Source of the DNA: Cyanophora paradoxa CCMP329
Taxonomy: Eukaryota; Plantae; Glaucophyta
DNA length: 33,666 nucleotides
NCBI GenBank assembly: GCA_004431415.1
Contig: QPMI01000018.1
Coordinates: forward strand, 1-33,666
Direction of reading: 5' to 3'
A program made the translations under genes and the position numbers. Of this stretch, positions 1-11,537 are shown piece after piece (positions within the stretch are counted from its first letter, which is position 1; the number at the start of each line of letters is the position of its first letter). The notes beneath the pieces were generated by a model. The model was given only the letters and a program-made list of their open reading frames with translations, was not told the origin of the DNA and did no database searches.

Positions 1-500
1 GAGCACGGCCACCACGCGTCGGCGTGCACGAAGCCGGTGCGCTGCTACAACTGCGGAGGGGAGGGTCACACGCAGAACCGCTGCCCCAGTGGCAAGCGCC
101 AGCACGACGGCGGTCCCCCACACGGTCCGTCCCCGAAGCGTGGCCCCGATGGTGGTGCTGGCGGCGCAGGAGGCGGCGGGCACCGTGGTGGCCATCGCGG
201 CGGTGGCAGGGGCGGCTACCAGAGCGGCGGTGGAGGCGGCGGCCAAGGCGGGACGGGATCTAACGCCACCCTCCTCGGCAATCCCGCCCCGATGCAGCGC
301 CCGACTGGCCCCGTTGTTGACGCGCCGTCTTCGCGCCCGACTGGCCCCGTTGTTGACGCGCCGTCTTCGCGCCCGGCTGGCCCCGTCACTGACGCGCTGC
401 CTTCGCGCCCGACTGGCTCCGTTGCTGACGCGCCGTCTCCGCGCCCGACCGGCCCCATCGCTAAGCGCCGCCCCCGAACCCTCGCCCGACTGACCACGGA
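1..500 (+). CDS. gag: Gag C-terminus: two CCHC zinc knuckles (first truncated by window edge), Gly/RGG-rich tract, Pro-rich repeats
   Basis: Frame 1 from base 1 reads EHGHHASAC-TKPVR-CYNCGGEGHTQNRC (CX2CX4HX4C), then GGHRGGHRGGGRGG. Confidence 0.85.
298..491 (+). repeat. 36-bp coding tandem repeat, ~5 copies (RPTGPVVDAPSS)
   Basis: Units cgcccgactggccccgttgttgacgcgccgtcttcg start at 298, 334, 370, 406 and 442 with increasing divergence. Confidence 0.95.
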
Positions 501-3500
501 GACGCCGTGCAGTCCGGTGGTCCTGACTCGGGCCGGGAGACCGAGGCTACGACGGACAGCCTGGCCATGGTACCGATCGCTCCGGTGCAAACTGTCCCGA
601 TCACGCCGACGCAGCCCTCGGCATCGGACATCGCGCACTTCGTTCGGGACGTCAACGCCACGACGGCGACGCAGCCGGTAACGTCGGCGGCGGAGAGGAC
701 GGCCCCCGTCCCCGTCGCCATCCCCGTCGCTGAACCCGCGTCGCCGTCCCCCTCGTCGACTCACGCGACCGGCCCGTCGTCGCCGGCCCCGTCTGACTTG
801 TCGACAGAGATGGAAACGGGAAGCCGTACTGCGGCCGAGTCCCGTGTTCCAATTCGGTGTGCGCAGCCCCGGCGGGGCGTCACTGCCGGCAGTATCCGCG
901 ACCTCATCAACGCTGGCCTCCGCCGGCACGACCACACTCGCATGTCCGCCGCCTTGGCTCCCGTCACGTCCAAGAAAACCCCGCTCTTCACTCGAAACTT
1001 TGGCCGTATGCACCGCCCGCGCCCGAACGCCATCAATCCCGTCGCCCGCGTCGCAGTCACGAGGTCGCTCACCTTCGCGGCCGCCCCCTCGGCGAAGAGC
1101 ACGAACTCCGACGCTGACTCTGTGCGGGAGCCGAAGACCCGGACGTACTGCGCCCTGGGGGACCCCGTCACAGAGTCGCCGATGGACACTGCACTCGGCC
1201 CGCTAACCTCCAAATCGAGCACCGACTCCCCCGCAGCCACCTCGCAGCAGGAGGGGAACGTCTCGAAGGGAAGTGGGCGGCCGACCCCGAACTACAAGGC
1301 CCCGCCCGCCAAGATGCCCGAAATCGACTCGCTACCGGCGGTCGAGGGCTGCGAGTCCTTGGTACCCCTTTGCACTGACTGGCTCGACAACGTTGCTTAC
1401 AACATGCACACTCGCCGTGTTAACAACCGCATGCACGTCGACGGCATCCAGTGCACTGACTGGCTTCGTGATGGCATCCCTTCGAGCGACCAGCGCCAGA
1501 TCCACGCGCGTACCATCCTTTACTGCCCCGCCCTCCAGATGCTCACGACGTACCTCGAGCCGAAGGGCCCCGGTGTCTGCTGGGCTCGCGTCCGCAACGC
1601 TATCGATGCGGAAGGCGACTCGGAGGAGGCGCGCGCGCACCGCTTCCCCAAGCCCCACGACAACATGTACCCCGTCTTCACGCAGGCCTCCAATTACCGT
1701 ACCGCGGTATTCACGGAGGATGCGCACATGCCTCGCCGTCGGGACCTGTCTTTCGCCAACGAGACGTGTGCTGACTGCCACCCCCATGTCGTCGGCCGCC
1801 AGGAGAATGGTACCCTTGTTGCCCGCCCCATTCCCTCGGCACACCGTCGTGACGCGCCCAATGACGGACTTCGTACTGCTCACTCCGCGCTCATCGCTGC
1901 GCTTGAAAGCCTCCCTACGTCGCACCCCGTTCGTGACCCGACCAGGGAGATGGAGTTCTTTGTGATCGCCCGCGACATCTCCGGACACGCGAAGAACGGG
2001 CGGTTCCCGATCCCGCCGGCGCTCGACGTGAACCCCGGCATCCCGTGCGCTGACGGCACTCACGCTCACCACAGCCACCCGCATTGGCACTTGCTGGCGA
2101 CCCGCCCGCTCATCAACCCGAAAGGCCACAGTGAGCACAAGCGTCTGAATGCGGCCGTCACACGCATCATTGCAGACACGGCCACTGAGGATGACGTGAC
2201 AACGTTGCGCACGTGGATCGCAATCGCCCGTGAGACGACGACTATCGCGGCAATTAACACTAACATCTCGAACACCAACGAGCAGCTTCGCCGGCCCTAC
2301 CGGGGCGCTGAGGGCGAGCAGCTGTTACACTTGGTTGAAATGGCAGCGATGGCCATCACGAACACGGGCGCCCCGCCGCCTCGCACGCGGCAGGCTGCGG
2401 CCAACCACGTCACGAGTGTACTGCGTAAGGAGCTCGAGGCATTCGATGTTGACACTACGGTTCAGGCAATCGTCAACGCTCTGTGCGCCCGTCGTGTCTT
2501 CACTTTCACCGACGGCGCCATGGACACAACCGACGCGCCGCCTGCACCTACGACAACGCTGACGCTCCCAGGAGCTGCTGTCGTCGAGTCCCTCCTGAAC
2601 CGTGTCAAGACGTCCTTCACCGACGCGCAGAACCGCAGCCCAACATTCATGCGCCCCAACCGACGAACGGCCGCTGTCAATTACGTTGAGAGCACACTCC
2701 GCACGTACCTCCGTGGCTACGACGTCGAGTCTACGATCCTACTTCTCGTCTACATTCTCGAGCGCGAGGGTGAGCTACGGTTCGCCTCAGGCCCTGACGC
2801 GACTTCGGCAAAGGCTGCTGACGCCTACGCTCGTTTCGTCGCGGCAAACGCTCCGACCGACCCCGTCGCCGGACCCAGCTCTGTCGCGACGGCAGAGGGC
2901 CTCGCCCCTGAGGACAAGACGCCAATCGTCCCGCCGACCACGCCCACTCCACCCGCGCCCGCCGTACTGCGGCCCAAGGCGTCGGAGGACAGGGCTGACA
3001 ATGACCCCATCAACCGCAACCGGAAGTTGCGCGAGATGCTGATGGACATTGCGGAAGACTCGATCACGCTCATCGCTCGTCGCCACCAGGCAGCGGGGAG
3101 GTATGAGCGCGAGGGTGGAGACCGCGTCTTCGCCTCTCGCACGGTCGAGAAGATCATGGTCAGTGTTGGGGGACAGCAATTCTTCTCTTCCTGTCGCCAG
3201 TCGACATGCCTGCACCGTGCCACACGTGCAAGCATCGGCCCCGATGGCTCACCCGTCATCGTGAACCACGCTCCGTGCATCAGTGATCAGCATTGCGCAC
3301 CGCTACTACGAGTACATCGACTCGCCACGGGCACACGGTGACAATGACTAACGTCGACTTCAGGAGCACTGCCGCCTCTGCAACGCCGCCGTACATGGAG
3401 TTCGTCCGCAACTGCCCGTGCCGTCGCCAACTTCACGCCAGCGCACGCCGTACCCGAGTACTCTGCGACCTGACGATGCACCGGCGGACATCACGCTCGA

Positions 3501-6500
3501 CGCTCTGTACGGAGTGACGATGGAAATGAAGACGCTCTTCCTGCGGATTATGGTCTGTTAATGGATATCACCCCACAGGAACGACGTCTTGACGGGGAAC
3601 GACGACTGGCCTCGGGTCGCTGACATCTTCCTTAACGTCGACGTCAGCCCCTTCACCGTCCGCGCCAGCACCCTTCGGCCTGGCGTTTTGCGACGCGAGT
3701 ACTGGACCGATAGGCACTCGGCCAATCATTCTCGCTCCGGGAGTCGTCAACACCTCTGGGCAGGACACGTCCCGACTCGCGCGACGACTGTGAACGCGTC
3801 GCTTCCCGTCTGCTTGTCGCACCGGCGTTCTACCATGCTCACGCGTTAATGCACCCGTCGATGAGCCGAACACGCGCCTCGGCCGACACAACTGATCTCC
3901 GCCTACCCGGTGCCTGAGACCACGGTCGCTGCAGCTGGGGGAGTGAGCCGCAAGTTGGCGTCGATTTACGTCGCTGCGTTCTACACGACTGCCGGCCGAC
4001 AGCGGACAAGACTAAGCCGCATCTCACTCTCCGAACCAACGACGTCGACATGGAATACTTGCGACTCGCGCCGAGAACGCGCGACTTCGGGACCCGACGC
4101 AGTTTTCGGCGAGGTACCTCGAAGTCCACAACGTGTTGACAGACATCCTTCGTCGCCGCACGCCTGGAACGCCGTCCCGACCACATCCGCCCGACAAGCA
4201 CGCGCAGCTGCTGGCCGACGAACAGCTTGCACGTGAACTGCAGGCTCGCCTCGACGCCGAAGCTGCCAAGGGAGAGGACCCGGTGCAGGCCCGCGGCGCA
4301 AGCCCCTACTTGCAGGCTGCAATCGGTGGTATTGCTCGTGGCCGCACCATGACGCCCGTCGCCGTACTGCGGCAGCACAGGCTCCACCGCGCCAATCGGC
4401 GAGGCACGGGGGAACGTTCAGGGGCCGCGGCCCGCGCGCTCCCGATTCATACCAGCCGGCCCCAGACCCCGGGCAACCCTCACTACCACGATGACGACAT
4501 GACGTGCCCAACGGCACCCGGTGACACCGCCGACCGACGTCCGGAGCCCCCGGCCCCGCGGAACGACCTACCCCCTGCGCCCGAGTGACGCCTCGTCGAC
4601 GGACACTCCGGACGCCCAGCCCGTTGCACCCGCGACGACGACTCCGGACGCCCAGCCCGTTGCACCCGTGACGACGACTCGGTGGCCCCGACGCCCGCTC
4701 TCGAGACGCCGGTCTCGTCGACGGCCGCTCGAGATGCTTCGCCCATCGCACCGGCGATGGCGACCTCGCTGACGACCCCGCACAGCGTCCCGTCCCCCAC
4801 GGCCGTGGCTGCGTCTCGACGCCCCGTCGCCTCCGCGCCTGAGCTACTGGCCCCGTCCGACGCCCCGCAGCCCCGGCCACGACTGTACGGCGGCCCCGCC
4901 GCAGAGCCGGCCCAACCCCCGATGCTGCCGATCCCGTCACTTCACCCCGACTACACTGCACCGACCGACGCGTCGATGCCTGACTCGACGACTGCCGACT
5001 CGTCGGGCACTGAGAGGACCGAGGGCGTGCCATGGGCGACCCGCGCGTTTCGAGGGGATCATCGTCGACACGCCGACCTTGCCGAGCCCTCACGACGACC
5101 GTGACAGTCCTCCTGACACCGACGAAGACACGTCAGCGACTCGGAGCCGAGATCAAGGACGTGGCCGCCGACCTTGGACACCGCCACGCCTGGACGATCC
5201 TTCGCCTCAAGCCCGTGGTGCACAACCAGCTGCGTGCGTACCTGGACACGCCGCGACGCTTCATGGTCACAACGACGACGACGGATTGGCGCAAGACCCC
5301 TGAGACGCCGACCCTCTTCGCCGCCAGCGAGCTCACGAGCTGCATGCACCTCGCAGCTGCCCGCAGCAACACGCCTACTGGGCAACCGTTGCTGGGTACT
5401 CGCCGAGTGACAGGCTCACTACCTCCTTCAACATCTGACCGAATTCCGCTCGTCATCCACGTCATCATGCGCCTCGCGCGGGCTCAGCCTTCGCGCCTGG
5501 GAGACGGCGACCACGTGGCCTCACCCGAACGACCCGCTCGCCGATGTCCTCGGACGCCAGAGATGCTGGAGCTGTTTGGTTTGACACCGACAGAGTTCAC
5601 TCTTGTACACCAGTCCAAGACTCCAGTCGTACCGTGCATCCTTCAGGTGGCTGTCAACCTTGCCCGCAATCTCCGGACGCTGCACTACGACGTGGAGATG
5701 ACGGAGAGCGATGAACGGTTCTTGAACTTCGACAAGATCACGAACACGGCGACGCGCCTTGCAACAATCAGGCAACTGGTCCAAATGTCAAGTTCACGGC
5801 CCCGCTCACAGGACCTGACGACATCTATCTGTCTACGCTTCGACACGGTTCACCGCCGCCCGACATCGCCTTGTCGATGCGTTCGACGCCCTGGCGCGGG
5901 CGTGGGACATCGCTGCATACTTCGACCATTACAAGTGGGACGAGACGCGCGACCGCTACGGGGATAGCCGATTTGCTCACCTCTACGACGTTCGTGACCC
6001 AGCACCGAGCTCCGACCGTCCATGGCCGACGAGTCACGCGCCGTTGCTGTCAATGCTCACCGAGCAAGTCGAGAACGTACTCCGCCTCGTCAACATCACA
6101 GCCGACGTCGAGGGCCCCGGCAACTTCCTGCGCCGTTACTACACGTCCCGTTTCAACCCGAAATCCGACGCGAACCCGGCTACGAACCAGCGGGCGACCG
6201 CCGAGCTCGCGGAGGAGATCCGGCTGAACAGCCAGTTAGCAGTGGTCGCGGCACGCGATGTCCATCGTCTGCGCACGCCCCCCGTCAGCGAGTCCGACCT
6301 ACACCACTGTCTTCGGCACGGACTGTCCCGTCACCGCTCCGGCGTCCCCCCCTCAAATTTCACGAACGTCGTCGCCGCGTCTGTCACGGAGACGACTGCG
6401 CTGGCAAGGCTCGCCGAGCTACATGACACCACCGTTGTCGCGATGTCAATCACTACGTTCATGCACAAGCGTCAACTCGCCAAGAAGGGCAAACCGATCC

Positions 6501-9500
6501 GTCTCGAATCGCGACTGCACGCCCCCGTCTTCACCCCGAAGCAGCCCGAGCCAGCTGTCGAGCTCTATTACAACTCTGACCGTTACATAATGGTGCACCC
6601 TGAAGAGGCGGCGCTCCTGGCGTGCAAAACTGCGTGGCGCTCCCATATCCTCCAGCTGACTCTCGAGGCCATGCGTCGCGCGTACAAGCTCGAGACGGAG
6701 TCAAGCACTCGTACTGCGAGCAAGCTTGCTTTCGGCCTCGTCGCTCGACTCGACACTGCACTTAGCAAGGCTACGACCACCCAGCGCTTGGCGGTAACAC
6801 GGGCCTTCCTCCTGGACGCCGAGCATCGATTGAATCTGTTCTACTGCATGCTTTACCCGCGCTACCGCGATCACCTACTCCCTGTCCTCCCCAGTCCGAT
6901 GGTACCCGTCACCGACCCTCTCGCCGTCCCGGTCCCACGGCCCCCTGAGCGCGACGTTGACGAGTACGGATACCTGACACAGTGGACGTCGGACGGCATC
7001 GACATCTTGCCTCGCGTTCCTGACTGGGATTCCCTCGTTGGACTTGTCGACGACATGAGCAAGGACACTTTCTGGAACTCCAACACGTATTTCGGGCTTC
7101 GCGCCCGCGCTATGGTCTACGGAACAGAGCGCAAGCGCCCCCGCGAGAAGCGACCGAATGACGAGAAGTTGCAGAAGAAGGAGCGCAAGGCCGCCCGGCT
7201 CACTCCCGAGGAGGTCGACTCCATCATCTCCAGAATTTTGAGCGAACTCCACACTGTTCCTTTCAAGGAGGTGCTACTCTCGGAGAACGCTGACATCCCT
7301 GACGTCTATTTCTGGGCCTTCCTCAACGAGAATGGGCGAAGGGCTTCACGGTCGTCGACGGCGCTGGCTACCAGCACGGAGTGTGGCCGGATCTGAGCGG
7401 CGTGATGGTCCGACGGGAACCGCGACCTGATTCGACGGAGAACGAGCGCGACACGTTCTATGCGGGTTTGGACGGCGCAACAATCACATCAACGGGAATT
7501 ATTCGCCCAAACGATCAACGACTGGTACCCAATCCGTCTCCACAATCCTCGCCCCCACTCCCGTACGGCATGCGCACATACAGCCCCGAGGAGACGCGAG
7601 CTGGAGGTGACTTCCTACCTCTGGATACTGATCCGGGACGGGATACCTCCTATCACATCTTCATGACACCGCTTCTCTTCACGAACACGGACTTCCTGGC
7701 CACAGCGTACTGCAAAACGATCCAGGAACATGGCGACACGCGCCCCACATCTTCGCCGTCGCGGCTCACATCCTCGGAGGCCCAGCCCCGTTCGGACAGA
7801 CGGCTGATCTGACGAGGAGCTCACTGTGGAGGACGGGCACAGACCGGAGGAGCTCCGGAGCCGCCGCCGGTCGAAGAGCTGGAGGGAATCCCGACTCGGA
7901 CCCACCCCCAGTTCATCCCGCCACCACGACAAAGAAGTACATGCACGTCCTAGGTGAGGTCCACATGCCATACGTGCTACTCGGCGACTCTGGTCTCGAG
8001 GCATTTCTCCGGCGCGTCCGTACATGCGCCCATTCCTCATGAAGATGCACGTACGCTGGTCGAACTTCTCGAGAGCACTCAGTCGTGTCCTACGCTACGG
8101 TGTCGGCCCCGGCACCTACCCGTACCGCGCCGGCGCCCCCGGCCATGGCGAACTCAGCCAGCACAACCGCGCGGGCCTGCCCTTCCGATCGTTCTGATCA
8201 CGGCCGCCGACGAGTTCCACCCGGCCAACAAGTATGCGACTACTTCGACTGCATCTACGACGAGGACAACCACGCGCACCTCCGTGACTCCGCTTCACGT
8301 CAAGATGTCGAACGATGCTTCTACGAGATTGCCATGCCCGACGACCTCAGCGCGCCGCCCATGACTCTTACGCCGGCCAACGCTGACCTGTGCGGCCTCG
8401 AATCGTCCGATTCACGCACGTTGCACCGGCCGGACCCAGCCGCGGTGCCCCCAACGCGATCCAGAACCGCTCGCACATCACTATCTTCGACGCGAACAAC
8501 CGGAACACCTGGCAGCAGATCATCGCGGGCACGAGGAAACCCCAAACGAGGCGGCGGGGCCGCACCCGTGCGGCCCCGACCCCAGTACTTCCCGGTGTCC
8601 GTCAATGACTACACTGGCCCTGGGGCGTCGTCGTGTCTCTGCGTCGTCGCGGGCCCACGGGCACCGCGCCTGCAACGCCCCCGTCGTCCACCAGGTCCTG
8701 GGGTTCCCGCTTTCGGTACACACTTGGGTGTACGGAATCGCAGCGTACCTGGCGGCGGCAGTCAAGCTGCACGGTGCCTTGTCGTTCTTCCTCGAGCCCC
8801 TACCGGGGAACTCGGGAACATCATCATCGACTACGTTCGTAGCCACGAGGATGAGCTGCACTTCCGCTTCACGGCTTCAGGCGAAGTGGCGCGCAGTGCC
8901 AAACTCGACAAATGGTACGAGGTCGAGTACCCTGACTGCGAACGCGTCGACCCGGCACATTTAATCACAGCCTTCGAATCCCTACTGCACAAGGCAACCA
9001 ACGACTGGTTGGCGGTCCAGATCAAGCACGAGACACCCCGGCGGCTCGCGAAGATGTCGACATGGATCGAAACCACTGCTGGCCCGTAGCATTCCGACTC
9101 CCGGATGGAGTCATCAACGCACTCAACGCCCAAGTCCGGGCGCTGACTTCGATCCCACGAACGATCCGTCACACCCGCATCGTCCCAGTGTCTATGACGT
9201 CAACGCGAGCGCAGTGCGCAACGCTATTATGGATTTCGAACAGCGATACGCCGACATACACGAGCAATTCCGTCACGCCGAATATGGCAACTTCACATTC
9301 GATCCATTCTACAATGAATTCGGCGCCGCCATCTTCAGTCGCGAACCGCAGGCGCGGGCGCTACTCCACGGTTGGTTGGAACAATTCGTTTACAATCACG
9401 CCACCGTCGACGCGGCGACGAGGCGGCCCATCACGTTCACTAGCCGCGAAGCCTACCGGGCGGTACAGATCGTCGACGTCCTCCCCTGCGTCACTCCCTG

Positions 9501-11100
9501 GGCGATCCGGACAACGACAGCCTCCTTCGTCAGATCCCCCACATTTACATTGGTCACGGCCCCCACGGCGCGCCTGTCGACCCGTACGAAGGCCGCACGC
9601 GCTTCACTAACATCATGAACTACATCACTACGACGAAGGCAGAGGAGTCGCGCGCGTACATTTGGGACCCGCGCCTCGACGGCAAGATCAAGCTCGTGGG
9701 CACGGACGAGTACATTCGTCGGAACCCTGGGATTGCGCGCAAGCCCTTTGTCCGACCCTTCGTCGTCTGGTCGACCGACTTCAAGGATCTGCGCACCAAC
9801 GAGCCGACGGGACTGGCACGCTTCGGTCACATCCAGGGTGTTGTCTTCAAGCCATCTGGCAGTAACAGGCCTCCGCGTCGTAGTCCTACGGGGACCGAGA
9901 CGACGGGAACCTCTGACGGCGACGACTCCAGCTCGGACAGTGGTGGCTCCACCGCCGAGTCCGTAGCTCCATCGGAGACCCCGTCGGCCGGGACGCCGAG
10001 CCTAGCCTCGCGCGTGCAGTCGTCCGCGTTCGCCCCCCACGGCCTCCTTGGACCGCTCACACGGCAGCACACGCACACGATCGCATACAACGACCTCACT
10101 AATCCCAGGACGTCGACGGATCTCACGATGGGCTGCTGGCTCCTCTACTCTGGACGGGGACCGGACTACGAGCGGATCACGTCCGCGCGACACCGTGCCT
10201 TCGAGGACCCTGAATTCGCCGCCAGTTATCACTTGTACGACTGGTCGCCGCTTCAGCGGTCTCACCAACTCAACGCCCACGCAATCCTGGAGACGCTCCA
10301 CGAGATCGAGAACTTTCGGTGGGATTTCACAACCTCTCAGGGCCTGTCAGCCGACCTCGCTTTCACTCGCGCCTTGTTCACTCGGGCGGCCTTCATCCTC
10401 AATTCAATCGGCCTCGCGGCGTGGGACGTGGTCCTCCACAATGACTTCCGTAGTCATGACGCTCAACGGACACGTTTCTACGAGCGGCACGTACTCCAAC
10501 GCGACACGCGCCTCCGCCACGCTTGGCCCCAACTCGTCAAATATCTCCGGGCGTCTCTCTCGCGCCACCGCGAAGCCATCCCGTTCCGATCCCCCGGAGA
10601 GCCTGGCTACCGGCCGGCTGAACGACGGGATGGCGCAGCGGGGACCGAAGTTGACGCGATCAACGAGATTCACTATGGCTGGCCCAGCAACCGCCACCTC
10701 AACAAGCTCGCAAACGCCGACTGCAAGCCCATCCTTGGCGTCGGATACTTTTCAGCCACAATGCGCAATAACCGGCCCCCGCTGCGTCTGTCGGCAGCTC
10801 CCTGCAGGGCACGCCCATTCGCCGCGACGGACGTCCTCATGAACGTGCACAGGCGGACAACCACGCGGAAGCGACCTCGCCTCAAGCGGACGGCACCGCT
10901 CCCGCCAGCCAGCGTCATCTCCGGTTCGACACCGTGCACACCGTATGAGCAGAGCTACCTCGCCTCGCTTCGCGTCTGCGCGGCACGCATGTTGGGATTT
11001 GACGATGTCGAGGACCCCCTTGACGTTCCCCTCTTCGGCGACGGCGGCCCGTCAGTACCACACCCCATTGCGCGAATGACGGACACGAACCGCACGCTCA
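483..11100 (+). CDS. Very long unassigned coding region between Gag NC and protease (frameshifted)
   Basis: Overlapping + ORFs 507-3341 (944 aa), 4133-4588, 4682-5104, 5032-5967, 6044-7396 (450 aa), 7381-7812, 8085-9089, 9062-9618 and 9615-11840. Junctions traced (e.g. ~465, ~3615, ~7340) join into protein-like sequence on adding one base. No family recognised. Confidence 0.7.
4605..4683 (+). repeat. 36-bp tandem duplication (TPDAQPVAPxTT x2)
   Basis: actccggacgcccagcccgttgcaccc at 4605 and 4641. Confidence 0.9.
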
Positions 11101-11119
11101 GAGAGCGCATCAACGACGG

Positions 11120-11537
11120 CCGAATCTGCGTCAACTTGCACATCGCCGCTATCGATCACCGACGACAAGTCCTTCAATACCTCCTCACCAAGGCATTGGT
11201 GGATACAGGAGCCGCTGCGGACGTACTCGACGGCAGTATCGCCGACAAACTGCCAGGCCTTCGCTACAGCAACGCTCCGCGCGTGCACCTCACCGGCTTT
11301 GGAACGGACATGACTGCCTATGCGCGCATCGCATTCATTGCAATTAAGGTTGGTCCGGTCACAATTCCGCGGAAAGTCCTCGTCGTCGCGCCTGGTCTCA
11401 TGGGCAACACTCCAATGCTACTCGGCCTCACAACGCTGGTGGCGCTCAACGCTCACATCGTGCTCGACCCAGCAAATTGGGGAATGACGATCACGTCGCC
11501 TGACTCCTCGGATGGCGAACGATTCCACGTCCCTTTT
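11120..11537 (+). CDS. Retropepsin-type aspartic protease domain
   Basis: ALVDTGAAADVL (DTG at 11202-11210), flap-like VHLTGFG, C-terminal MLLGLTTL, within ORF 9615-11840. Confidence 0.9.
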
